In this document: piece after piece, positions 16,405 through 26,651 of the stretch
Layout: the number at the start of each line of letters is the position of its first letter
Position numbering within the stretch: the first letter of the stretch is position 1
NCBI GenBank assembly: GCA_964495685.1
Contig: CAZBVQ010000001.1
Span: forward strand, 169,521 to 233,520
Source: an uncultured Candidatus Saccharibacteria bacterium
GTDB taxonomy: Bacteria > Patescibacteriota > Minisyncoccia > Phycocordibacterales > PALSA-1337
DNA: 64,000 nt
Direction: 5' to 3'
Position numbers and translations under genes: made by a program
The notes under the pieces: model-generated
The model's database searches: none
What the model saw: only the letters and a program-made list of their open reading frames with translations
Told to the model about the DNA's origin: nothing

Positions 16405-17258
16405 TGCGCCACCGACATCCCGCGCACGTTCTTGAAATCCGCTTTTTTCAGTGTCTCAATCGCTTGATACATAGTGCCGCCGGTAGTGATGACATCATCG
16501 ATGACGACTATAGGAGTGTTCCGGTCAAATCGTGAAGCCACTTCCTCATTCACGTCAAACAAATCATGACTGGTACGCACGCGCTCGGCGCGGTTTTTCT
16601 TTTTCTGTTCAGAATTGCGATCGACACGAGTAAGGAGATTATTTTCGCAGGTAAATAGAGATTGGTCCGCTCGGCTCCGTAGTCGATCTATTTCATTGGT
16701 GAGCAATTCACACTGATTATACCCACGCTGATGGCGTCGACGTGTCGTAATCGGCATGGGGAGCAGGAGTGTCTGGGCAGGAAGTGTTCCGAACCGACAC
16801 TGCGGAGCCTCGAGTGCCTGTTCGAGAGGCGAGCATAGCGCAGGGCCAGCAGGCCCTGACGCGCGTCGGTGAGGAACAGCTTCCTGCCCAGACACTCCCA
16901 TCTCCCTCAACATACTCCACAGCGCATACCCTGCAATCTCGACAGCTTCACGGGAACTTTTTTCTTTGATGAGCCAGATGAGACGCGATACGCGCGCATC
17001 TTTGTATGCGAACACGGAACGAGTACCGGGAAGATCGAATGCTAATCCAGAATAATCGGGCGCTGGAGGAAGTGTGCGCAGTGCGTCGACAGGATTCATG
17101 CTCAAGAGATCTTTCTCAGTATCAGAAATAGGGAATAGGGCATCCAATAGTACGTTGTATAAGATTGAGATGAATGACATGCGCCCAGTATAGCAACGGG
17201 TCTTGAAGGCGACGTCAGATTCAGGGTATAGCTTGTGAATATCGGTAGTTATTGCCAT
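16401..17258 (-). CDS. comF: ComF-family phosphoribosyltransferase-domain protein
   Basis: C-terminal PRTase motif VVIDDVITTGGT, in the ComFC/amidophosphoribosyltransferase-like family. It carries an in-frame 123 nt palindromic element (16771..16893). Confidence 0.8.
   Translation of the reverse strand: MAITTDIHKLYPESDVAFKTRCYTGRMSFISILYNVLLDALFPISDTEKDLLSMNPVDALRTLPPAPDYSGLAFDLPGTRSVFAYKDARVSRLIWLIKEKSSREAVEIAGYALWSMLREMGVSGQEAVPHRRASGPAGPALCSPLEQALEAPQCRFGTLPAQTLLLPMPITTRRRHQRGYNQCELLTNEIDRLRSRADQSLFTCENNLLTRVDRNSEQKKKNRAERVRTSHDLFDVNEEVASRFDRNTPIVVIDDVITTGGTMYQAIETLKKADFKNVRGMSVAH
16771..16893. repeat. Intragenic GC-rich palindromic element (family A copy 2) with 14 nt terminal inverted repeats GTCTGGGCAGGAAG, in frame within comF
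   Basis: Shares the core ...CCGACACTGCGGAGC...GCGAGCATAGCGCAGGGCCAGCAGGCCCTGACGCGCGTCGG with the recG copy in reverse orientation. At 123 nt it is exactly 41 codons. Confidence 0.75.
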
Positions 17259-18391
17259 TGCTACAGCGTATATTTACCTGTACACTTACCTCCATGGGCT
17301 TCTTTTCCTCACTTTTCAAGAAAGAAACCAGCGTTTTGGGCGTGGATATAGGATCATCGGCCATCAAGGTCGTTCAGATCAAGAAAAAGCGCGGTCGTGC
17401 CGTACTTGAGACGTACGGCGAGTTGGCGTTGGGTCCTTATGCGGGAGTCGAAATCGGTCGAGCTACACAGATTTCGGCTGACAAAATCATCGAAGCTATC
17501 AAAGATATTCTTAAAGAATCAAAGACTACGACGGGTATGTGCGGTGTGGCGTTACCATTATCATCGAGTCTCATTTCGTTCATTTCCATCCCTCCTGTGC
17601 CTGAGAAACAGATGAGTGACGCGATAACACTCGAAGCACGCAAATACATCCCTGTGCCCCTCTCGGAAGTCCTCCTCGATTGGTCTATTATCCCGAAGGA
17701 AGATTCGTACGTGAATGAAGATGAAGCAGTCAAATCTGAGAAACAGGGTAGCGATGTGCTCGTCGTGGCAATCCACAATCAGTACATCAATGATTATCAA
17801 GCCATCATGGCAGGGAGTAATCTCACTCCAAGTTTCTATGAGATCGAAATTTTCAGTTCTATCCGTGCGGTCGTCGATCAGGGTATCTCGACAGTGATGA
17901 TTATTGACATGGGGGCACGATCGACCAAGTTGTATATTGTCGAACGGGGCATCCTGCGTGCATCTCACATCATCAACAAAGGCAGCCAAGATATTACACT
18001 GGCATTATCGAAGGCGATGAGTATCACCGTGAATGACGCGGAAAATATGAAGCGTACCCACGGTCTCAAGGGTGGCCCTGAATATCGTGAGCTGACGGAA
18101 ATTATTACGGTCAACCTTGATTATATGTTTTATGAAGCCAACGCATCACTGCTCAACTATCAGAAGAAGTTCAACAAAAATGTCAGCAAGGTCATTCTGA
18201 CCGGTGGGGGAGTGCTCCTCAAAGGGTTCACTGACTTGGCGAAAATTAGTTTCCAAACAGATGTGGTATATGCCGATCCGTTCGGTAAACTCGAGACACC
18301 TGCTTTTCTTGCTGAAGAATTCGCCCAAGCAGGCCCCGAATTCGCCGTTGCTATCGGCGTCGCTCTCCGCCGCCTCTCAGAACTTGAGTAA
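17252..18391 (+). CDS. pilM: Type IV pilus assembly protein PilM (likely start ~17294)
   Basis: Actin-like ATPase fold with N-terminal VLGVDIGSSAIKVVQ, first gene of a pilMNOP-like set. Confidence 0.85.
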   Translation: MPLLQRIFTCTLTSMGFFSSLFKKETSVLGVDIGSSAIKVVQIKKKRGRAVLETYGELALGPYAGVEIGRATQISADKIIEAIKDILKESKTTTGMCGVALPLSSSLISFISIPPVPEKQMSDAITLEARKYIPVPLSEVLLDWSIIPKEDSYVNEDEAVKSEKQGSDVLVVAIHNQYINDYQAIMAGSNLTPSFYEIEIFSSIRAVVDQGISTVMIIDMGARSTKLYIVERGILRASHIINKGSQDITLALSKAMSITVNDAENMKRTHGLKGGPEYRELTEIITVNLDYMFYEANASLLNYQKKFNKNVSKVILTGGGVLLKGFTDLAKISFQTDVVYADPFGKLETPAFLAEEFAQAGPEFAVAIGVALRRLSELE

Positions 18392-18394
18392 GAG

Positions 18395-18490
18395 CCCTTA
18401 GCGACACTCTGCCGATATGAACTCGGTACGTATGCCTAACGCACATTTACCACAACGTAACCTTCATATCGGTAGATGTGTCGCTAAGGG
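18395..18490. repeat. Long imperfect inverted repeat (about 27 nt arms) between pilM and pilN
   Basis: CCCTTAGCGACACTCTGCCGATATGAA ... TTCATATCGGTAGATGTGTCGCTAAGGG. Confidence 0.5.
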
Positions 18491-18550
18491 CGCTGTATTG
18501 TTATACACATAGCCGTACTTTGTTCATTCCTGCTATACTTCTAGGGAACT

Positions 18551-19195
18551 ATGGAAACCAAATTCCAAACCTCATTTATCCCCAAGAGGCCACTCATACC
18601 TACAAGCGGGCTCAATCCGGCCGCGCCCAAGCGGAGCTTCAGCTATTTCATGGCGATTGCAGTGCTACTCTTCATCATTTCTATCGGTGCTGCCGGTGGT
18701 AGTTATTTCTGGAAGTCATATCTTGAGACAGCCCAGATAGGGTACAAAACCCAGTTGGCCCAACGTGAAAAACAGTTCAACCCCAATCTCATCGAAGATT
18801 TGAAGCGTCAGAACGTCAAAATAGACACAGGCAAACAGCTTCTTGCAAACCATATTGCCGTCTCGCACATTTTCGATATCATCGGTCGCCTGACCATCGA
18901 AGACGTCCGCTTCATGAGCATGGAGATGACCACTGGCGCTACCAAGAATGAAGGCATCAAGATTGCCCTCAAGGGATATGGCACCACATTGAGTGCTGTC
19001 GCGTTCCAGTCAGACGTCCTCGGTCAGCTCGAACGATACGGTCTGCGCAAGGTCGTCAAAAATCCCATTTTGAGTGATCCGGCCTTGGATACCAATGGAT
19101 TGGTAGCTTTTGGGATGACTGCCACCGTCGATCCAGTCAGTCTCTCGTATGAGAAGAACCTTGCAGCGTCGACGGCGACCACCACTTCACCATAG
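18551..19195 (+). CDS. PilN-like pilus assembly protein (single TM)
   Basis: Position after pilM, with an N-terminal TM helix and a periplasmic coiled region. Confidence 0.6.
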   Translation: METKFQTSFIPKRPLIPTSGLNPAAPKRSFSYFMAIAVLLFIISIGAAGGSYFWKSYLETAQIGYKTQLAQREKQFNPNLIEDLKRQNVKIDTGKQLLANHIAVSHIFDIIGRLTIEDVRFMSMEMTTGATKNEGIKIALKGYGTTLSAVAFQSDVLGQLERYGLRKVVKNPILSDPALDTNGLVAFGMTATVDPVSLSYEKNLAASTATTTSP

Positions 19196-19197
19196 AT

Positions 19198-19794
19198 ATG
19201 AATCGCAATATTACCGCAACAATCTTGATCGTTTTGGCAGCAGGCATATACCTGACATTTACGCGTGCCAAGTTGGCTGAAGTCAATGCTGTCCGTGGGG
19301 TCAATGACCAATATCTCTCAGCCATCGCAAATGCCGACAAACTCATCAAGGTGCGTGATATTGTCCTCAAGCAGGACCGATCGATTTCGGATACCGATCG
19401 AGATCGCCTCGACAAGATGCTCCCTGATACTGTCGACAACATTCGTCTCATTATCGATCTCAATAGTATTGCCCTGAGACATGGATTCCCTCTACGAAAT
19501 ATCAAGGCATCAGCAAATTCTGCCAAACCTACTGGTCCGGCGGTGCCTCTGCCTCAAGATGCATCTGCACGTGCGGGCGAGGGCGGTACCATACCAGTGC
19601 CGGTACTCGATACGGTGACGGTTTCTTTCGGGGTGACGGCCTCATATCAGCAATTCATCGAATTACTCAGGGATCTCGAAGCGAATCTGCGAGTGATGGA
19701 TGTCACCAGACTCACCTTGACTGCCAATCCGACCACTGCGGGCACGTATGATTTCGCGGTCGAACTCCGGACATATTGGCTCCGTCAACAATAA
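19198..19794 (+). CDS. PilO-like pilus assembly protein
   Basis: Single N-terminal TM, position in the cluster. Confidence 0.55.
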   Translation: MNRNITATILIVLAAGIYLTFTRAKLAEVNAVRGVNDQYLSAIANADKLIKVRDIVLKQDRSISDTDRDRLDKMLPDTVDNIRLIIDLNSIALRHGFPLRNIKASANSAKPTGPAVPLPQDASARAGEGGTIPVPVLDTVTVSFGVTASYQQFIELLRDLEANLRVMDVTRLTLTANPTTAGTYDFAVELRTYWLRQQ

Positions 19795-19796
19795 CC

Positions 19797-20132
19797 ATGA
19801 AACCTCAATCTCATTCAAAAAAACGCGTAGGTATCATCATTGCTGTCATCATTGTGGCGGCTCTCGGATATTTCTATATGTCTGGCGATGCGGTGCCGAT
19901 GGATACCAATACACTCGAGGTGCAGACTGCCAATGCTGATGGGGCACGTATCTTGAGTTTACTCAACCAGATCCAGTCCCTCCGGATCGATACGGGACTT
20001 TTGAGTTCACCTGCATATGTGTCATTGGTTGATTATTCAGTCAACATTCCTGAGATACCAGTCGGTCGTCCCAATCCATTCGCACCCATCCCTGGAGTAT
20101 CCATCCAGAATCAGACAGCATCACCCCGGTAG
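19797..20132 (+). CDS. PilP-like small pilus assembly protein
   Basis: TM anchor plus a small periplasmic domain; the ATG is immediately after the pilO-like stop. Confidence 0.45.
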   Translation: MKPQSHSKKRVGIIIAVIIVAALGYFYMSGDAVPMDTNTLEVQTANADGARILSLLNQIQSLRIDTGLLSSPAYVSLVDYSVNIPEIPVGRPNPFAPIPGVSIQNQTASPR

Positions 20133-20140
20133 AGGCAGGA

Positions 20141-21898
20141 TTGTTATTCGTTTATCTCACTCGCACTATGTCAGTACTCGATATTCTCCTACAGAAGAAA
20201 CTCATAACCAAGGATGATATCCGGGATATTCGCAAACAGACCGGTACGGGTGCCACGCTGGACGAGGCGCTCCTAGCACATGGTGTCAAACCTGACGATA
20301 TCATCATGGCGCGAGGGGAGTTCCTCGATATACCCGTACGGAATATAACCGAAGGGTCGATACCGTTCGATGTTCTCGAGTACATTCCCGAAGAATCGGC
20401 CGCCCATTATCGGTTCGTGCCACTGGCATTCCACGAGGGAACACTCGAGGTCGGTATTGTCGATCCTGACAATATGGAGGCACGTGACGCTCTCAACTTC
20501 CTTGCCGCTAAGAAGAATGTGCCGTACAAGATTTTCCTGATCAGCATAGATGGATTCCAGAAAATTCTGGAAATGTACAAGAATATTACAGGTGAAGTAT
20601 CGCGAGCATTGTCCGAACTCGAGACCGAATTGTCGGTCGATGCCAGTGACACGATCAAGAAAGAGAACACACAGAAGGGGACATCTGACAAGGAAAAAGC
20701 CGACGACACACTCATCATTGAAGATGCTCCGGTCGTCAAGATCGTGGCGACGATTGTCCGCTACGCAGTCGAAGGTGAAGCATCAGACGTACACATCGAG
20801 CACATGCGTGACAAGATCCGCGTCCGCTTCCGTGTCGACGGCATACTCAATACTTCACTCATTCTCCCGCCGCAGGTGCATTCGGCCGTGGTTGCACGTA
20901 TCAAGGTCCTCTCCAATATGCGTCTCGACGAAAAGCGTAAGCCCCAAGACGGCCGCTTCTCGGCACGTATCGACGGCCGTAAGATTGATTTCCGTGTCTC
21001 CACATTCCCGTCCTATTATGGCGAGAAAGTCGAAATGCGTATTCTCGACCAGGCCAAAGGGGTCCGCAAGCTGGAGGAGCTGGGTATGTCCTCGCGCAAT
21101 CTTGAGATGTTCCGTGAAGCGATCAACAAGCCATACGGCATGATCCTCATCACTGGTCCGACAGGATCAGGTAAGTCGACCACGCTCTATTCTGTGCTCA
21201 ACGAAGTTGATCGCGAGAGTTACAACGTCCTATCTCTCGAAGATCCAGTCGAGTATCAGATGGAAGGCGTCAGTCAGTCTCAGGTCAGACCGGAAATTGG
21301 ATATGACTTCAGCTCTGGTCTGCGTACGACGTTGCGTCAAGACCCGGATATCATCATGGTCGGTGAGATTCGCGACAAGGAGACGGCACAGCTGGCGGTG
21401 CAGGCCGCACTTACTGGTCACTTGGTGTTCTCGACGCTCCACACCAACAATTCCGCAGGGGTTATACCGCGCCTCATCGATATGGGAGTCGATCCGTACC
21501 TCATTGCACCGACGCTCATTCTGGCAGTAGCTCAACGTCTCGTCGGTACCCTGCCGCAGGGGAGTGGTGAACCGGTACCTGTCGACGGTAGTCTCAAGGC
21601 GATGATTGATCGCCAATTTGCCGATCTGCCAGCACAATACCGCAAAGATATATCGTTCACTGATACAGTCATGAAAATAAAGCCGACCCCTGAGTGTCCC
21701 AAGGGTACCCGTGGACGCATGGCAGTCATGGAAATGTTCATGATGGACAAAGATATCGAACAAGCCATTCTCAAGAATCCAACCGAGAGTGAGATTACCC
21801 GCATCGTTCGTGCCAAAGGCATGATCTCACTCAAGGAAGATGCTCTCATCAAAGCATTTGGCAAGCTCATCCCGATCGAAGAGGTGAATAAGCTCTGA
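20141..21898 (+). CDS. pilB: Type IV pilus assembly ATPase PilB (GspE family)
   Basis: Walker A ILITGPTGSGKSTT, and the Asp box / His box region GEIRDKETAQLAVQAALTGHLVFSTLHTN. Confidence 0.92.
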   Translation: MLFVYLTRTMSVLDILLQKKLITKDDIRDIRKQTGTGATLDEALLAHGVKPDDIIMARGEFLDIPVRNITEGSIPFDVLEYIPEESAAHYRFVPLAFHEGTLEVGIVDPDNMEARDALNFLAAKKNVPYKIFLISIDGFQKILEMYKNITGEVSRALSELETELSVDASDTIKKENTQKGTSDKEKADDTLIIEDAPVVKIVATIVRYAVEGEASDVHIEHMRDKIRVRFRVDGILNTSLILPPQVHSAVVARIKVLSNMRLDEKRKPQDGRFSARIDGRKIDFRVSTFPSYYGEKVEMRILDQAKGVRKLEELGMSSRNLEMFREAINKPYGMILITGPTGSGKSTTLYSVLNEVDRESYNVLSLEDPVEYQMEGVSQSQVRPEIGYDFSSGLRTTLRQDPDIIMVGEIRDKETAQLAVQAALTGHLVFSTLHTNNSAGVIPRLIDMGVDPYLIAPTLILAVAQRLVGTLPQGSGEPVPVDGSLKAMIDRQFADLPAQYRKDISFTDTVMKIKPTPECPKGTRGRMAVMEMFMMDKDIEQAILKNPTESEITRIVRAKGMISLKEDALIKAFGKLIPIEEVNKL

Positions 21899-21919
21899 TC
21901 TATATGATATAATGGTCCC

Positions 21920-22309
21920 ATGATTGACTCACCCAAAAAGATATTACTCGTGGATGACGACAAGTTCCTGCTCGATATGTATGCCATCAAGTTCAGCAAG
22001 GCTGGATATGAGGTCAAGACTGCTGATTCGACTGACGCAGGCCTCAAGTTGGTCCGTGACGGATTCGTGCCTACTGCTATGCTGATCGACATTGTGATGC
22101 CGGGGATGGATGGTCTCGAATTGGTCAATGTCATCCGGCGTGATCGTCTCGCACCCAATACGTCCATGATTATGCTCACCAATCAGGGCTCCCCAGATGA
22201 TATTGCTCGAGCCAAGAAGCTCAATGTCGACGGATATATCGTCAAGGCGACTACGATTCCCTCAGAAGTATTGGCAGAAGTCGAGCGTATTATTAGTAGC
22301 AAGAAATAG
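21920..22309 (+). CDS. Stand-alone response-regulator receiver domain (CheY-like)
   Basis: ILLVDDD...DIVMPGMDG...KATT has the receiver-domain hallmarks and no output domain. Confidence 0.85.
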   Translation: MIDSPKKILLVDDDKFLLDMYAIKFSKAGYEVKTADSTDAGLKLVRDGFVPTAMLIDIVMPGMDGLELVNVIRRDRLAPNTSMIMLTNQGSPDDIARAKKLNVDGYIVKATTIPSEVLAEVERIISSKK

Positions 22310-22311
22310 AG

Positions 22312-23370
22312 ATGGATTACAAAAAAGAAATCGAAGAATTGGTCGATCTTATCCTCAAGGAGGGAGCTTCAGATCTGCACTTGTCAGCGGGACGTCCGCC
22401 GATCATTCGTGCATCTGGCGCGCTGATCCCGCTCGTCAAAAAACCCACGCTATCCGAAGTCGATATGAAGGGCTTCGTCAAGGCACTTCTCGAACCAGTC
22501 AATCAGGAGCTATTGAATACAAACAAAGACGTTGATTTTTCGTACAACCTGACGGCCGCACGTTTCCGTGGCAATGTATATTATCACCAGGGCTCACTTT
22601 CTATCGCCTTGCGACTTATACCCAAGGCCATCCGTACGCTGGCCGAGCTCAATTTGCCGCCGATCCTCGAATCGTTCACTCGCAAGCCCCAAGGGTTCTT
22701 CCTCGTCGTCGGTCCGATCGGACAAGGCAAGACGACCACGCTCTCGACCATGATCGAGATGATCAATCAGACACGCACCGAGCATATTCTGACGATCGAG
22801 GACCCTGTCGAATACCTCTATGAGTCCAAGAAATCTATTATTGACCAGCGCGAAGTGCGTTTCGATACACCTGATTTCCCTAGTGCACTCACGGCGATGT
22901 TCCGTCAGGATATCGATGTGTGCATGATCGGTGAAATGCGTGACATCGCTACTATTGCGACGGCTGTGACTGCGGCGGAGACGGGGCACCTGATTTTCTC
23001 GACACTCCACACCAATAACGCCGCCCAGACTATCAACCGTATCATCGATTCATTCCCTGCAGGTCAACAGGACCAGATACGTGTCCAATTGGCCGGTTCA
23101 TTGACGGGTATATTCTCTCAACGATTGGTGCCGCGTATTTCTGGCGGTCTCATTCCTGCCTATGAACTCCTCATCAACAACAGCGCTGTCGCCAATCTGA
23201 TTCGCGAAAAACGCATCCATGAGCTCAATTCGGTCGTGGAGACGAGCTCGCAAGAGGGGATGATAGACATGAATCGGTCATTGGCCGAGCTGGTCAGAGC
23301 AGGGGAGATCACCGTCGAAAGCGCATACACCAACTCTCTCAGTCCGAAGACGCTCGAGAAGATGATATAA
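22312..23370 (+). CDS. pilT: Twitching-motility ATPase PilT
   Basis: Walker A VVGPIGQGKTTT and GEMRDIATIATAVTAAETGHLIFSTLHTNNAAQTINRIID. Confidence 0.92.
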   Translation: MDYKKEIEELVDLILKEGASDLHLSAGRPPIIRASGALIPLVKKPTLSEVDMKGFVKALLEPVNQELLNTNKDVDFSYNLTAARFRGNVYYHQGSLSIALRLIPKAIRTLAELNLPPILESFTRKPQGFFLVVGPIGQGKTTTLSTMIEMINQTRTEHILTIEDPVEYLYESKKSIIDQREVRFDTPDFPSALTAMFRQDIDVCMIGEMRDIATIATAVTAAETGHLIFSTLHTNNAAQTINRIIDSFPAGQQDQIRVQLAGSLTGIFSQRLVPRISGGLIPAYELLINNSAVANLIREKRIHELNSVVETSSQEGMIDMNRSLAELVRAGEITVESAYTNSLSPKTLEKMI

Positions 23371-23377
23371 TAGTCAT

Positions 23378-24595
23378 ATGTTATTCACGTACGAAGCGGT
23401 AGACGCCACAGGTGCACGCAAGAACGGATCCATCGAGGCCGTCAATGTCGATGTGGCTATCTCGTCGCTTCAGCGACGCGGGTTGGTACTGACGACTATT
23501 CGTGCAGCGGACGAAGGTTCTTCCTCATCGCTGCTCTCAAAAAATATCTCATTTTTCGATCGTGTGTCCACGAAAGATGTGGTGATCCTGTCGCGGCAGT
23601 TGTCGACTCTTTTCGAGGCGCAGGTGTCCGCCTTGCGCATCTTCCGGCTCTTGGGATCTGAGACCGAAAATCATGTCCTCGGGGCCAAATTGACCGTGAT
23701 TGCCGATGATCTCCAGGCGGGAAGCTCTATTTCTGCCGCTTTGGCGAAGCACCCCAAAATATTTTCAGATTTTTATGTCAGCATGGTCAAAGCTGGTGAA
23801 GAATCAGGCAAGCTCGATGAGACATTCCAGTACCTGGCTGACTACCTCGATCGTACCTACGAGCTGACTTCCAAGGTCAAGGGTGCTCTCATATATCCGG
23901 CTTTCGTGGTGGTCACTTTCGTCATCGTCATGATACTGATGTTCACCATGGTCATCCCCAAGATTAGCGGCATCCTTACGGATTCAGGGGCTGAGATACC
24001 CTCATATACCAAAGTCATACTTGGCTTGAGTAATTTCTTGGTGGACTATGGATTCATCCTGCTCGGCATAGCTATCATCATAGGATTCTTCGTGGTCCGC
24101 TATATCCGTACCCCGACGGGCAGGGCAGCATTCGACCGCTTCAAGCTTCATGTGCCTTATGTGAGTCGGCTCTATCGCAAGCTGTACTTGGCGCGTTTGG
24201 CTGATAACATGACCACTATGCTGATGTCAGGAATTCCGATGGTCCGCTCGCTCGAATTGACCGCCAATGTCATCAATAACACGGTGTATCGCGAGCTTCT
24301 GAGTGGGGCAGTGGATGCGGTCAAGGGAGGCAAGACACTGTCTGAGTCCTTGTCAGTGGATGCCGATGCGGTGCCCGGTATCATGACGCAAATGATGAAG
24401 GTGGGTGAGGAATCTGGTGAGTTGGGTAGTATCTTGAAGACGGTGGCACGATTCTATAGTCGTGAAGTAGCCACAGCCGTCGACTCGCTGGTCTCGCTCA
24501 TCGAACCGCTCATGATCGTTTTCCTCGGTGGAGGTGTGGCGGTCTTGTTGGCTTCGGTATTGGTGCCTATCTACAATATAGCCAGTGCACAGTAA
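23378..24595 (+). CDS. pilC: Type IV pilus platform protein PilC (GspF family)
   Basis: 405 aa with two GspF repeats and 3 TM segments. Confidence 0.88.
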   Translation: MLFTYEAVDATGARKNGSIEAVNVDVAISSLQRRGLVLTTIRAADEGSSSSLLSKNISFFDRVSTKDVVILSRQLSTLFEAQVSALRIFRLLGSETENHVLGAKLTVIADDLQAGSSISAALAKHPKIFSDFYVSMVKAGEESGKLDETFQYLADYLDRTYELTSKVKGALIYPAFVVVTFVIVMILMFTMVIPKISGILTDSGAEIPSYTKVILGLSNFLVDYGFILLGIAIIIGFFVVRYIRTPTGRAAFDRFKLHVPYVSRLYRKLYLARLADNMTTMLMSGIPMVRSLELTANVINNTVYRELLSGAVDAVKGGKTLSESLSVDADAVPGIMTQMMKVGEESGELGSILKTVARFYSREVATAVDSLVSLIEPLMIVFLGGGVAVLLASVLVPIYNIASAQ

Positions 24596-24645
24596 ATAGG
24601 GCCTTTTTCTTATCCACAGTATCGATGAAATCCCCCTGTGCGGGG

Positions 24646-24660
24646 GAGTGGTATAATAGG
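24646..24660 (+). promoter_or_regulatory. Candidate -10 element (GGTATAATAGG) preceded by hairpin TCCCCC-TGTGC-GGGGGA, upstream of the major pilin gene
   Basis: Extended -10-like TGGTATAAT about 70 nt upstream of the pilin ATG. Confidence 0.35.
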
Positions 24661-24728
24661 AGCATTAAACCTTACGTTTTCCTTATTGAGGTTTTACATT
24701 ATTAATTTATTAGTTGTAATTTTATTCC

Positions 24729-25253
24729 ATGAAAAAATTCACAAGAGGTTTCACTCTTATAGAATTGCTCGTCGTGATCGCTATTATTGGTATTTTGTCG
24801 TCAGTTGTGTTGGTGAGCTTGAATAGTGCTAGAAGTAAGGGTGGTGATGCTGCTGTAAAAGCAAATTTACAGGGCATAAGATCTCAAGCTGAAATCATGT
24901 ATGGTGATAATGGTTGTTATACAAATACTGGAACGGCATGCACGGGCACTACTCCAGCGGTTGTTGCTGCAGGTGCTTGCCCGGTCTCTGGTTCAGCAAA
25001 CATATTTGGTCAGACAACGATAGCTGCTCAAATTGCGGCCGCGAATAAGGCGGGTTATGGTTTTTCTGCATGTAGCGCACCAGTTAGTGGTACAGCTTGG
25101 GCAGTTGCCTCTATTCAGAAAAGTGCTACTGCTGGAGCCGCTGATTCTGGGTGGTGTGTAGATAGTACTGGAAAATCTAAGTCGATTACTGTCGCCACTT
25201 TGGATCAGGCAGGTATTACGGCTGAGGTCTCCGCGGGTGCTTGCGTGGAATAG
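24729..25253 (+). CDS. pilA: Type IV major pilin (class III signal peptide)
   Basis: N-terminus MKKFTRGFTLIELLVVIAIIGIL matches the prepilin cleavage site and N-methyl-Phe consensus. Confidence 0.9.
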   Translation: MKKFTRGFTLIELLVVIAIIGILSSVVLVSLNSARSKGGDAAVKANLQGIRSQAEIMYGDNGCYTNTGTACTGTTPAVVAAGACPVSGSANIFGQTTIAAQIAAANKAGYGFSACSAPVSGTAWAVASIQKSATAGAADSGWCVDSTGKSKSITVATLDQAGITAEVSAGACVE

Positions 25254-25281
25254 TATACATGTAGTGTATCCGACAAAAGGT

Positions 25282-25305
25282 CCCGCTTAAAGGCGGGCTT
25301 TTGTT
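25282..25305 (+). terminator. Rho-independent terminator after pilA
   Basis: CCCGCT-TAAA-GGCGGG stem-loop followed by CTTTTGTT. Confidence 0.6.
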
Positions 25306-25338
25306 ATATGAGATCATGGATTATAATACAGTGTACAC

Positions 25339-25818
25339 ATGAATCAATCACATAATCGTCTCCGCGCCTTCACCATCATCGAACTTCTGGTCACCATCGC
25401 TATCATCGCACTCCTCACTGGTATTGTGATCACCAACCTCGCCCCATCCAAGAGTAGGGCGCGTGACGTCAAGCGCATATCCGATATGGGGAATATTCAG
25501 TTTGCACTGTCGCTCTACTTCGATCGATGCAAACAATACCCGAGTTCGCTTGCCACGACCGCCAACACAGGTTGCCCGACCACTCCTACCCAGATCAGTC
25601 TTGGTAGCTTCATCTCGACTATACCCACCTCACCAGCTCCTGGGTCATACGTATATCAGACATCGGGTACGCCACCGTCAGATTACGTTCTTGCCGTATA
25701 TCTGGAGAATTACAACGAGATCCTCAAGGATGATATTGATGGCACCGTGTTCGGTAGTATTCAGTGTGGCCCGACCAATGATAGCAGCGAGCATTACTAT
25801 TGTCTCGGTCCCAAATAA
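25339..25818 (+). CDS. Type IV pilin-like protein
   Basis: AFTIIELLVTIAIIALL prepilin N-terminus. Confidence 0.8.
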   Translation: MNQSHNRLRAFTIIELLVTIAIIALLTGIVITNLAPSKSRARDVKRISDMGNIQFALSLYFDRCKQYPSSLATTANTGCPTTPTQISLGSFISTIPTSPAPGSYVYQTSGTPPSDYVLAVYLENYNEILKDDIDGTVFGSIQCGPTNDSSEHYYCLGPK

Positions 25819-25821
25819 TCC

Positions 25822-26628
25822 ATGCCATTGCTCGCGCCATCAATCCTCTCTTTCATATTCGGCGCCATTGTCGGTAGCTTCTTGAATGTCGTCTCACTTC
25901 GTTTCAACACCGGCATGACACTCGGGGGACGTTCCAAGTGCATGACTTGTGGCACTACACTCACCTGGAAAGAGCTCGTCCCTATCGTCAGTTTCCTAGC
26001 CCAGAAGGGAAGTTGCAAGCGGTGCAAGAGTACGATCTCATGGCAGTATCCGCTCGTTGAGTTCATTGCGGGCATCATTTTCGTACTTATATTCATCACG
26101 TTTCCCCCAGTATCGTATGTCGCCGCGGCGCAGACCCTCCTCTATATCATCGCCGCGTGCCTGCTTGTGGTGATTGCTGTCTATGATATCAAGCACAAGA
26201 TCATTCCTGATACATTCAATTATGCATTTGCAGCACTTGCACTCCTCACTCTTTTTGTGGGAGGGGGGAGTTGGTGGCATGTACCAGGGTTCTGGTCGCT
26301 CATTGCAGGGCCGCTCCTAGCTATACCTTTTGCACTGCTGTGGCTGGTTTCGCGGGGTCGGTGGATGGGTCTTGGTGATGGCAAACTCATGCTCGGCATC
26401 GGATGGATGACAGGTGTTGCTGCAGGTATAAACGCTATTATTGTGTCGTTTTGGATCGCGGCGGCAGTGAGTGTCGTCTGGCTTTTCATCACCTACAAGC
26501 GTTTCAAACCAAAAACTGAAGTGCCGTTCGGTCCCTACCTCATTCTTGGCATGTATCTCGTCATCCTGTTCAATATACAAGTGCTTGATGTTGCTCTGCT
26601 CAAAGATATTATATTCGGTCTCTTCTAG
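25822..26628 (+). CDS. pilD: Prepilin peptidase PilD (A24 family)
   Basis: N-terminal CxxC..CxxC zinc motif (CMTCGT...CKRCKS), multiple TM segments, GLGDGKLM motif. Confidence 0.88.
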   Translation: MPLLAPSILSFIFGAIVGSFLNVVSLRFNTGMTLGGRSKCMTCGTTLTWKELVPIVSFLAQKGSCKRCKSTISWQYPLVEFIAGIIFVLIFITFPPVSYVAAAQTLLYIIAACLLVVIAVYDIKHKIIPDTFNYAFAALALLTLFVGGGSWWHVPGFWSLIAGPLLAIPFALLWLVSRGRWMGLGDGKLMLGIGWMTGVAAGINAIIVSFWIAAAVSVVWLFITYKRFKPKTEVPFGPYLILGMYLVILFNIQVLDVALLKDIIFGLF

Positions 26629-26651
26629 AATGTGAGGTATAATAAGATGCA

